Virus genome (UHGV): UHGV-1377064 | DNA from: a virus | Strand: one strand, 5' to 3' | Length of the DNA: 43,262 nucleotides | Shown here: positions 26,839-34,895 of the stretch, one piece after another | Position numbering within the stretch: position 1 is the first letter of the stretch | Layout: each line of letters begins with the position of its first letter | Notes under the pieces: generated by a model | Database searches by the model: none | What the model was told of the DNA's origin: nothing | What the model saw: only the letters and a program-made list of their open reading frames with translations | Translations under genes and position numbers: made by a program

Positions 26839-28632
26839 TTATCTATATTTATCTCGAATGTAGTACATACCTTTTGTACCAACTGTTTTGTATAATTTAC
26901 TAATGGTTGATGCTTGGAAATTACACCATTCGATAGCAGTAGCATATTGCATACGACCTGGATTGCTAGGATTCCAACGCATTCTGTATAATGTGTTTTT
27001 ACCTTTGTTAAAGTATTGTTTCCTAACGAACTTAGCGCCACCTATAATACCATTACGTGGACTCGTCCACCCTTGACGTCTAGCGTATCCTATAGAAGCG
27101 TTAGGGTTGTTGTCGTAAGCTGCAATACCAAAGTAGTTGTAGATACCATAACGTCCACTAGCAAAGTTACTACGGCCATATCCACTCTCTAAGAAAGCGT
27201 GAGCGATTAAGTAAATTTCATTTACATTGTACTTCTTACAACCGTCTGCAAAAGCTTTACCTTGTCCAGATAAAGTGCCTTTACCTTTAAGTATCTTATT
27301 CAACTTACTTACTGATATACCTTGATATTTTCCTAAATCTAGCATTTGATAGCGTTGAGTTGAACTATTCCATATAGTGTTAGGATTCATATACTTACTT
27401 GTTTGTGACCTAGAAGCATTACCCCAACCCCAACTATAAGATTTTTGAGGCATGCCATGAGCCATTTGTGCATTAAGCGCTTGTTGGAAAGTATATTTAC
27501 TTTTCTCTACAACTACACGAGGTTTATTTGAAGTTCTGTTTGTCGTTTTACCTGTCGACTTATCGTTCTGTGAAGGATTGTCGACCGAAGTTTTAGGTTT
27601 AATTTTTATCTTTGTCTTTGTAGTTGTTGTAGTAATTGTTTCTGTAAGTAATTTATCTCTTTTCAAATATAAACCGATAATTTTCTTCTCGACTTCTTTA
27701 TATTTACTTTCATCAGGAATACCATTTTTGATTAAGTCGTAATTGATTAAATCTTTCATAGAACGCCATATGTTAGGATCTGCTTTGATTGACGATTCAG
27801 AAAGTTTCACCTTACTCCAACTTAGCAACCAAACGCCGTAGATTAACGCTCTGATTTGATTGAGCATGAATTGGCGTTTACTATCCGTTTGTCCTCCGCA
27901 AACTTCCATAACAAGCCAACCTGGATGTTCTGGTGCTTCTTCTGAATCAGGTCTAGGTGTCCATACACGCTCACGGTCAATATATACATGAGGGTATTCA
28001 TCTTCATTCACATATTTATTACGTTGTAAATACAATTCTTCAACAGAACGCATATGTGTACTCTCTTTGATATATATACCTTTTACCTTCCCTATCAACT
28101 TTTGCCCTTCAACCATATAATGATAAATATATTCCAAATCATCGTCTAAATCGTATGCGAATGATGTATAGGAAACTTTGGTAATCTCTTTAGTTATAGG
28201 TTTTGTTTGTTCTTTTGTGTTTTTAGAAGTGTTGTCATTAGAAGGTTTGGACGGTGTACTACTTGGTTTCGATGGTTTCTTAGTTTCTGCGTGGTAGGGA
28301 GGTCTGACAAATCCGCTTATACCGTTATAACTATGTTTAATTTTCGCGCCAGGTGAGCCTGTATAACTATTTGCACCAATCCAATTTTGATCCACACTAG
28401 TAAAGTAACTTTTGGTAGACGGACCTATGACAACAGCAGTATGACCAACACCGTTATTAAAGGAGCCCTTTCCCCAAACTGCCATGTCACCAGGTTTCGG
28501 AACAAAGTTTCTAGTGTTTCTATAAAATTTGAAGCCTTTAGGGTATCTATACCATGCCATAGCAATCGCATTTCCTGTTGTTTTAAAATGCCAATATCTA
28601 TTGAAAATGTAGTTTGGTAGATCCCAACACTG
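26839..28632 (-). CDS. tail-associated cell-wall hydrolase, exon 2: CHAP catalytic region (QCWDLPNYIFNRYW) through the GH73 glucosaminidase domain
   Basis: Frame stays open 72 nt upstream of the annotated Met and encodes the CHAP Cys motif. A glucosaminidase-like C-terminus is present. Confidence 0.6.
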   Translation of the reverse strand, partial: QCWDLPNYIFNRYWHFKTTGNAIAMAWYRYPKGFKFYRNTRNFVPKPGDMAVWGKGSFNNGVGHTAVVIGPSTKSYFTSVDQNWIGANSYTGSPGAKIKHSYNGISGFVRPPYHAETKKPSKPSSTPSKPSNDNTSKNTKEQTKPITKEITKVSYTSFAYDLDDDLEYIYHYMVEGQKLIGKVKGIYIKESTHMRSVEELYLQRNKYVNEDEYPHVYIDRERVWTPRPDSEEAPEHPGWLVMEVCGGQTDSKRQFMLNQIRALIYGVWLLSWSKVKLSESSIKADPNIWRSMKDLINYDLIKNGIPDESKYKEVEKKIIGLYLKRDKLLTETITTTTTKTKIKIKPKTSVDNPSQNDKSTGKTTNRTSNKPRVVVEKSKYTFQQALNAQMAHGMPQKSYSWGWGNASRSQTSKYMNPNTIWNSSTQRYQMLDLGKYQGISVSKLNKILKGKGTLSGQGKAFADGCKKYNVNEIYLIAHAFLESGYGRSNFASGRYGIYNYFGIAAYDNNPNASIGYARRQGWTSPRNGIIGGAKFVRKQYFNKGKNTLYRMRWNPSNPGRMQYATAIEWCNFQASTISKLYKTVGTKGMYYIRDKYR

Positions 28633-28745
28633 CGTTTGTATTTAACTTAACGCCTTTCCCCGCATTAATTTCTTAATACGCTTGTGTAACGTTAAATTGC
28701 TCTATAAAAAGAGCCTCATGCTTTCACATGAGACTAGACTATATC

Positions 28746-29384
28746 TTAATATTCATTTTTAGCTTTTTTATAAGCTAAGTGTGCTTCTTCTGCAGTTTCA
28801 TAAACACCTAAGTATATAAATTTCTTGTTTTTGTAAAGTTGCGCTTGATATTTGTTTAGATGTGGTTTGTAAGTTACTCCTGTATATCCTGTCTTATTAT
28901 GATATTTTCGTCGATTGTTTGAATTTTCTTCATGACTAACCCATCTGCAATTTGATGGTTTATAATCGTCATCGTTGTTAATTCTGTCTAATTCAGCACC
29001 TTCGAATGGTACATCCCCCATATCTTTGTAGAATTGCATAAAGTCATCTTTCCACTCATCACAAACCTTTATACCTCTACCGCCATATGCGCTGTAAAAA
29101 TCATAATTAGAGTTGTAACATCGTTGCTTCATACCTTTCCATTTATTATAAATTAAAGTTCCAGTCATACCGTGTTTTTTAGAATGACTAACTTTATTCA
29201 AACAACCACAACTTTTAGAATAACCATTTTTAACTTCGGTACCAATCATTATTTTTTCATTGCCGCATCTCGTACAGTAACATTTATATAGTTTCTTTTT
29301 ATGTTTATTTCTGCCATAAAACTCTAGAACTTTAAGATAATTAAACTGCATTCCTACAATGTCCATTTGACCACTCCTTATCAA
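28746..29384 (-). CDS. HNH homing endonuclease with a C-terminal AP2 DNA-binding domain (intron-encoded)
   Basis: HNH-like Cys/His cluster. 'YTGVTYKPHLNKYQAQLYKNKKFIYLGVYETAEEAHLAY' is an AP2 domain. The ATG at 29366 with RBS aaggag is the likelier start than the TTG at 29384. Confidence 0.6.
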   Translation of the reverse strand: MIRSGQMDIVGMQFNYLKVLEFYGRNKHKKKLYKCYCTRCGNEKIMIGTEVKNGYSKSCGCLNKVSHSKKHGMTGTLIYNKWKGMKQRCYNSNYDFYSAYGGRGIKVCDEWKDDFMQFYKDMGDVPFEGAELDRINNDDDYKPSNCRWVSHEENSNNRRKYHNKTGYTGVTYKPHLNKYQAQLYKNKKFIYLGVYETAEEAHLAYKKAKNEY

Positions 29385-29395
29385 TCGTCAAATAC

Positions 29396-29441
29396 ATTGT
29401 ATCACACATGAATATTTAATGCACTGCCTATCAATTGATAG
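29396..29441 (-). promoter_or_regulatory. extended -10 (TGaTACAAT) plus a perfect 14-bp palindrome CTATCAATTGATAG upstream of the homing endonuclease ORF
   Basis: Read directly. Palindrome at 29428-29441. Confidence 0.35.
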
Positions 29442-29615
29442 TACATAGTCGTTGAAGCTTCCTCTACTATTACCATAGAGGCTTGCCTGCTGATTGCCCA
29501 ATCCTTAATATTTTTTAACTTTCACGCTTACCGTTACCAGTTACGTTGTAGTTATTAAGGCTCTAAGGGTGTCCCAGCAATTCACATTATTTTTTTATAT
29601 GGAACCCATTAATTA

Positions 29616-29723
29616 AGCTCCATAATAACCATCTACATCAACTCTTCTGCCAATCATCCTTTTTGCCCATGCTGCAACTTCCGAAGCAGTAGGTTTTCTT
29701 CTTTTAGGACTAGGTAATCCCAT
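29616..29723 (-). CDS. tail-associated hydrolase, exon 1 (MGLPSPKRRKPTASEVAAWAKRMIGRRVDVDGYYGA)
   Basis: RBS gaggtgg 4 nt before the ATG. The N-terminus is typical of phi11-type tail hydrolases. It joins in frame to exon 2 to give ...YYGA|QCWDLPNY. Confidence 0.55.
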
Positions 29724-29744
29724 ATATCCACCTCATTTCTGGGA

Positions 29745-29775
29745 TAATAAAAAGCCGACTAAAAAGCCGGCTTTG
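29745..29775. terminator. bidirectional rho-independent terminator
   Basis: Stem aaagccg / cggcttt with a 10-nt loop, flanked by T-runs on both strands. Confidence 0.5.
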
Positions 29776-29783
29776 TTTCTCAA

Positions 29784-29846
29784 TTATTTACATTTACCAA
29801 ACCAGAAACATTCCCAAAAACTTGCACCTAAAAATAATCCGAACAT
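29784..29846 (-). CDS. 20-aa hydrophobic/aromatic micro-ORF (MFGLFLGASFWECFWFGKCK)
   Basis: Strong SD aaggagg 9 nt upstream of the ATG, overlapping the stop of the upstream gene. The terminator lies 9 nt downstream. Confidence 0.3.
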   Translation of the reverse strand: MFGLFLGASFWECFWFGKCK

Positions 29847-29861
29847 GGTAACTCACCTCCT

Positions 29862-30194
29862 TTAAACACCGAAAAACATTCTTAATACTGCTACGATTAA
29901 AGAACCAGCTATAGTGCCAACCAATCCTAAAACCCACATTTTAATGTCTTTGATGTTTTTTTGATTTTCTTTTTTGTTTTGAGATTCTAATTCTCTCTCT
30001 CTGTTGATAGAGTCCAAAGTGAAATTCATTTTTTGATTAATCAAATTTTGATTGTGTTGTCCGTCTTTTATCTGTTCCAAAGAGTTGAAGATTTTTTCGT
30101 CGTTATCTTCCAATCTTTTTATACGTCTTTCGTAATCCCCTCTTTGGCTACTTTCTGTCATATAAACACCTACTTCACTTAAAATAAAAACCAC
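29862..30194 (-). CDS. membrane protein with a C-terminal transmembrane helix (DUF2951-like position, pre-holin)
   Basis: Coiled-coil N-terminal region and C-terminal TM 'MWVLGLVGTIAGSLIVAVLRMFFGV'. Confidence 0.35.
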   Translation of the reverse strand: MVFILSEVGVYMTESSQRGDYERRIKRLEDNDEKIFNSLEQIKDGQHNQNLINQKMNFTLDSINRERELESQNKKENQKNIKDIKMWVLGLVGTIAGSLIVAVLRMFFGV

Positions 30195-30197
30195 AAG

Positions 30198-30338
30198 CTA
30201 TTTAACTTGTGGTTCGTAATCTTTACCTGTAGTTTCTTTAAATTGTTCCGGAGTAATCCAACCAACTCTAACAAACTTTTTGAAAGTTTCGTCAGTGTAT
30301 AATTTTTTCTTATATAAATCGATTACTACTTTATCCAT
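30198..30338 (-). CDS. XkdX-like small phage protein (46 aa)
   Basis: '...ITPEQFKETTGKDY' is XkdX-family like. Its start abuts the stop of the upstream gene. Not in the ORF track, being under 60 aa. Confidence 0.4.
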   Translation of the reverse strand: MDKVVIDLYKKKLYTDETFKKFVRVGWITPEQFKETTGKDYEPQVK

Positions 30339-30339
30339 A

Positions 30340-30699
30340 TTACGCTTCCCCCAATTTTTGATTTGCTTGTTCTTCAGTTATTAGTGCGATGTTCTGCTTC
30401 AAACTCATAACTTCTTCTTGTAAATCGACAACTAAGCTAGTTAATTTAGCTATAGCAATATCTTTGTCATCAACAGGAATTTCTACTTCAGGCAACATCT
30501 TTTCTAGCTCATCTTGGGTTTGTCCAACCCATTGTTTACCGTCATAATAGCAAGGTAAGATAATACCTTGAGGAGGTTGGTTCTCTGTCCATTTTTCATC
30601 AGGATAAACATATTCATCTTCTTCGTTTTTGTGAACAATAATTGCTTGTCCATTTTTCCATAAATAAACTACTTTCATTTCATCACTCCGTCCATTCAT
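30340..30699 (-). CDS. hypothetical tail-module protein
   Basis: By position. Confidence 0.3.
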   Translation of the reverse strand: MNGRSDEMKVVYLWKNGQAIIVHKNEEDEYVYPDEKWTENQPPQGIILPCYYDGKQWVGQTQDELEKMLPEVEIPVDDKDIAIAKLTSLVVDLQEEVMSLKQNIALITEEQANQKLGEA

Positions 30700-32215
30700 A
30701 TTGACCGTAAATATAATCTGTATCAGTCCACGCTGATGGATCTACAGTAGCGTCAAAATTCACTGTTCCTGATGTGTTCAACGAAATACGTCCGCTGTTT
30801 TTGTTTCTAGGTGCACTTATTGAGAAAAACATTAAGTTTTTGACGAATTCTTTAGGTAAAAGTGCAATAGTCTGTCCATGTTTGATAGTTGTAGCATTAA
30901 TGCGTAACATTTTCTTAGTAACTCCATTCTGTGTGATTGTTCTGTACGCACTAGTAAATCCACCTTTGGAAACTAAGTCGTTATGAGGCGACGCACTGTT
31001 CACTAGTTGTAAATCAATCCAACCAGTATCTACAACATCTGAACCAACACGTTCCCATTTGCTCCAACTCTTATAAAATCTTTTTTGGTAGATTACAGTT
31101 GAATTGTAAGGTTGGTATTGTATTAGAACAGCATCTCCATTTCTTTTGTACTTTGTTAACCACCCATTATTATTTGTTCCAGCTGGATTGTTCAAAGTAA
31201 GAACAACATATCTAGTTCCTATCGGTAAAGACATTAATTGTTCGTTATTGTCGAAATCTATTTGTAGGTTGGCATCATAAAAATTAGTACCATCATCATT
31301 TGTTAATTTAAATTTTTGCCAATCCTTTTCTGTAAACTTACTTTCTACATATTCAGGAGTAGTAAAGCCATCTCTTTCAAGGGTTTCATTAAATATTTGT
31401 AGCTTTTCATCAATTGTTGTGTTAGCTTGATTAACATTTGAATTAAAAGCGTCCACATTGCTATCATAAGTTTTTTGGAATGTATCTGAAGCTAAATCAT
31501 AATCCGTTTTGATAGCGTCACGTTTAGCATCAATTTGTCTTAAAGCTTCTTCTCTCTCTAGGTCAATGCTTTGGTTAGACGATATTAACGCGTCTGTAAT
31601 TGAAACAATAGCGTCTGCTTGAGCCTTGTTTATTTTAATGAGGTATTCTTCAGCTGTTTGCTTAATAGATTCAATCAACGTTTGTGTATCGCCTATATCT
31701 TGCTTAAGTTGTTGCACTTTCTTTTCTAATTCCGAACGCAATTCATCAAACATTCGAATATAAGATACTTTGATATCACTTTCGATTTGATTGATAAGAC
31801 TGTCGCGTACCGTGAATTTAAAAGTGCCTAACACAACAGTGTCGTCTTTTCCTACGTTGTTTACATCGTTGAGTGATAAGTAAATTTCACCCAACACTTC
31901 AGAATCGACAACGTTTTTCAGAAACCATTGAGGTACCGTAACACCTATTAATCCTTTCATTGGATCAATGAATTCTACGTCTAATACACCTGATGTACTA
32001 GGTCGTTTTTCTTCTGTTCCGTTCGCAGCTTTAAAGAAAGCATAACCTTTAACATTCTTATCGCTGATTAACAAAGGTTTGTTGTCTTTTTGTACTACAA
32101 ATTGAAATTTAGCAGTGTTTTTATCGAGATTATAAAAACCGATACCTCTATTAGATATCGGTTGTAAATATGGTTCTTCGTTTAAATCAAGTTTACCTAC
32201 TTTTTCTAATTCCAT
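30683..32215 (-). CDS. tail fiber / baseplate upper-type protein with coiled-coil
   Basis: 510 aa with a central coiled-coil and a C-terminal beta-rich region. Confidence 0.4.
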   Translation of the reverse strand: MELEKVGKLDLNEEPYLQPISNRGIGFYNLDKNTAKFQFVVQKDNKPLLISDKNVKGYAFFKAANGTEEKRPSTSGVLDVEFIDPMKGLIGVTVPQWFLKNVVDSEVLGEIYLSLNDVNNVGKDDTVVLGTFKFTVRDSLINQIESDIKVSYIRMFDELRSELEKKVQQLKQDIGDTQTLIESIKQTAEEYLIKINKAQADAIVSITDALISSNQSIDLEREEALRQIDAKRDAIKTDYDLASDTFQKTYDSNVDAFNSNVNQANTTIDEKLQIFNETLERDGFTTPEYVESKFTEKDWQKFKLTNDDGTNFYDANLQIDFDNNEQLMSLPIGTRYVVLTLNNPAGTNNNGWLTKYKRNGDAVLIQYQPYNSTVIYQKRFYKSWSKWERVGSDVVDTGWIDLQLVNSASPHNDLVSKGGFTSAYRTITQNGVTKKMLRINATTIKHGQTIALLPKEFVKNLMFFSISAPRNKNSGRISLNTSGTVNFDATVDPSAWTDTDYIYGQYEWTE

Positions 32216-34881
32216 TATTTAGCACCCCACAATACTAATGCTATTGCACATCCACGTTCTTCAGTGTATTCAGAAGTTATTTTCATGACACGACCTTTAC
32301 CATTCACATTATCTTTATATCCTACACCTGCTCTACCGTTGATATAGTCGCCTGGTATAACGTCTTTTTCAATGTTCGTGTAGATTTGACCTAATAATCC
32401 GACTACATTCCATTCAGGTCGTTCTGAACGTGATTGATAATCGATTTTGTCGTTATATTCAGGGTTTTCTACTGGTATGTCACGCCATTCGAAAGAAACA
32501 TTTCCTTCATCGTCTACAAATTCAACTTGTTTTCTGTTTGTAATCGTTACTCCATACTCATTTTTTAAAAATCTATCTTTATGGTGGAATGTTTTTTCAT
32601 TTGCTACCAATGCAGCAGTTCCAGATATAACGCCAATTGGTGTGTCATTAGGTTGCGCTTTTCTTATCTTATCGCCGTCTAATGTAACGATAGTTCCTAA
32701 ATCGATTGCTAATCCATTTTGTGACTCAAATAACTCTGCGATATCGGCACTATCTTGTTTAAGTTGACCGGCTAAAGTTAAGTTTCCTGAATAAGTGCTT
32801 AAATCAAATTTAATGTTAGATGTAGAAGCATTACCACTAGAACCATATCCAGCGACAACATGATAGTTACCAGGTGACTTAACACGATTACTATTAAGAA
32901 TTAATTGTGTGTGTCCTGACTTGTCTGTTTCTGAATTTAACGAGTTGATAATACCACTACGTGATCCATAAGATTTGGAGTTAGCACCAGAACCTAATAC
33001 AAAGCTACGATTACTGTATGCTTTCGAACCACCTGTTGACGCAATAACTGCACTAGCATTAGCTACGCCTGCACTTCCTGTAGACGCTATACTAGCACCA
33101 CCTTTTCCAACTGTAGGAGGTGTGTCGTATTTTTCGCCGGCTATCCATGCAGGTGTTGAATAATTGTTTGCTGTGATACCACTAATCATAGCGTGGTTAT
33201 TTGTCAAACGTAATCCTATGCCCGAACCATTACCGTGTAAGTTACAATTAGTTATTTTAGTATCGTATATTTTACTTCCAACACCGATACCGATATTGTT
33301 AGATGAATTCCAAATATTGATATTGTTTAAAATAACTCTTGAAGGTCTATTATCTCCGCCAAATAATCTAATATCTACTTCTGCATTTTTAAAGTTACGC
33401 ACATTAATATTATTAAGCGAGATGTTTTCGGACATGAATTGGATGGCTATTGCTGGTTGTTTTTTATCTAGTTTTCCACCTTCTAATTTTCCGAAATCAT
33501 CATCACCAATTGCAGTGAAATTATTGACTGATACATTTTTATAAGCACTGATTAATAATGCTCTAGGTGTTGAGCCTGGATACACACCATTGTATTTAGG
33601 GTTTAAAGCTAAGCAATTATTTAGCACCACGTCATAAGCAGTCAAACTTTTATTGTCCGTTTTAGCTCTATGATGACCGATGTGTCGAATGTTGTAAGCT
33701 CTTGTATCTTCGATTGATACGTGACCGTTAACGAACACACCACTTGCAGCACTTGCATTACTGTGTGCTTTGATTTCTAAACCACCGAAGTTACCTTTGG
33801 TTCTGTTGTTTGATAAGAACACATATTGTGAGCCATCGTCAATTTCTACACCGTTGTTATTACTTCCACCTGTTGGTGTATGTGCATAACAATTAGAAAT
33901 TGTAATGTAACGAGAGTGATGGGTAGTGATACCATCATCTCCGCAACCATATACCTCACAATTATCAATATGAATATGCTTACTTTCTAATGCGTAAGGC
34001 ACTCTGTTTCCATCGCCTTCGTAGTAATAATTGTCATTTGCATATGTTACATCGATACAGTGTAGTAAAGCGTCATATGATTTAACGTTATAGATATATC
34101 CATTAGTTACACCCGCAAATCTAATGTTAGATGAACGAGAACCACCGGTAGCTTTAAGTGTTTTATTTTGTCTAAACTTATTCCCGTTGAACGAAAAACT
34201 TTCTAATGAAATGTTTTCAGCTCCACCACTCATTTTTAAGTTAGTGATACCAATATTTTCTGCAGGTGTTTCGTCCATAAACTTAATTGTAGTAATGTCT
34301 TTACCTTGTCCTACCAAACGAGAGTTGTTAGGCATTTTAATACCTGTTGTAAGGTAAGTACCACCACTCATAGTTACCTGTACATTGCCGTTACCTAATG
34401 CGTCTTGGAAAGCTTTCGTACTGTCCTTTTGACCTGTAGGATCTCCGCCAAAGTCATCAACGTTAACAATACGTTGTATTTTCTTAGTTAAGTCGGCTCT
34501 TAGTTCTTCTCTAGCGTTACTTTCTCTTAAAAAGTCGTGATATAGACGTTGGTGTAAAGAATCGAAACTTTGAGCGTCCATTGATGTGTGACTAGCTTTT
34601 AATTCGTTATTGCCATCACCGTTATGACCTAACACAAGATGTTCAATAAGTTCATCTTGATAATTTTCATGATTAGATAATACGACATCTTTACCTTTTG
34701 TAGTTTTGTGTTTGATTTGATCAGTTGTATGCGCATTTTTTTGAGTGGTTAAATGCTCGTTAAAGCTATCATCACTTTTATTAGTCCAGTATTTTATTTG
34801 TTCGAAGTTATTCTCAAGTTGACTTACAAACTTTTGACTAAAGTACGAGTGAAGTTTCGTAATTAAGTTATCTAATTTCAA
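32215..34881 (-). CDS. tail fiber / receptor-binding protein with a right-handed beta-helix (pectate-lyase-like) region
   Basis: Repetitive 'NxxxxG' beta-helix-like coils. Gly/Ser-rich linkers. 888 aa. Confidence 0.45.
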   Translation of the reverse strand: MKLDNLITKLHSYFSQKFVSQLENNFEQIKYWTNKSDDSFNEHLTTQKNAHTTDQIKHKTTKGKDVVLSNHENYQDELIEHLVLGHNGDGNNELKASHTSMDAQSFDSLHQRLYHDFLRESNAREELRADLTKKIQRIVNVDDFGGDPTGQKDSTKAFQDALGNGNVQVTMSGGTYLTTGIKMPNNSRLVGQGKDITTIKFMDETPAENIGITNLKMSGGAENISLESFSFNGNKFRQNKTLKATGGSRSSNIRFAGVTNGYIYNVKSYDALLHCIDVTYANDNYYYEGDGNRVPYALESKHIHIDNCEVYGCGDDGITTHHSRYITISNCYAHTPTGGSNNNGVEIDDGSQYVFLSNNRTKGNFGGLEIKAHSNASAASGVFVNGHVSIEDTRAYNIRHIGHHRAKTDNKSLTAYDVVLNNCLALNPKYNGVYPGSTPRALLISAYKNVSVNNFTAIGDDDFGKLEGGKLDKKQPAIAIQFMSENISLNNINVRNFKNAEVDIRLFGGDNRPSRVILNNINIWNSSNNIGIGVGSKIYDTKITNCNLHGNGSGIGLRLTNNHAMISGITANNYSTPAWIAGEKYDTPPTVGKGGASIASTGSAGVANASAVIASTGGSKAYSNRSFVLGSGANSKSYGSRSGIINSLNSETDKSGHTQLILNSNRVKSPGNYHVVAGYGSSGNASTSNIKFDLSTYSGNLTLAGQLKQDSADIAELFESQNGLAIDLGTIVTLDGDKIRKAQPNDTPIGVISGTAALVANEKTFHHKDRFLKNEYGVTITNRKQVEFVDDEGNVSFEWRDIPVENPEYNDKIDYQSRSERPEWNVVGLLGQIYTNIEKDVIPGDYINGRAGVGYKDNVNGKGRVMKITSEYTEERGCAIALVLWGAK

Positions 34882-34895
34882 ATTTTTTGACCTCC

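Larger units (their letters stand above)
28633..29615 (-). mobile_element. group I intron (~983 nt) carrying an HNH-AP2 homing endonuclease ORF, interrupting the tail hydrolase gene
   Basis: The 5' exon ends in U and the intron ends in G. P1 forms between exon GGAGCU and intron GGUUCC (intron nt 10-15). The 5' GACUA (29444-29454 region) and 3' UAGUC (28737-28741) are candidate P7 strands. A GAAA-tetraloop hairpin lies at 28708-28735. Confidence 0.6.

Noticed and set aside
28708-28735. Hairpin after the HNH ORF, first read as a minus-strand transcription terminator.
   Set aside because: It carries a GAAA tetraloop and lies inside the 3' part of the proposed group I intron, next to the UAGUC P7 strand. 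It is better explained as an intron P9-type hairpin.
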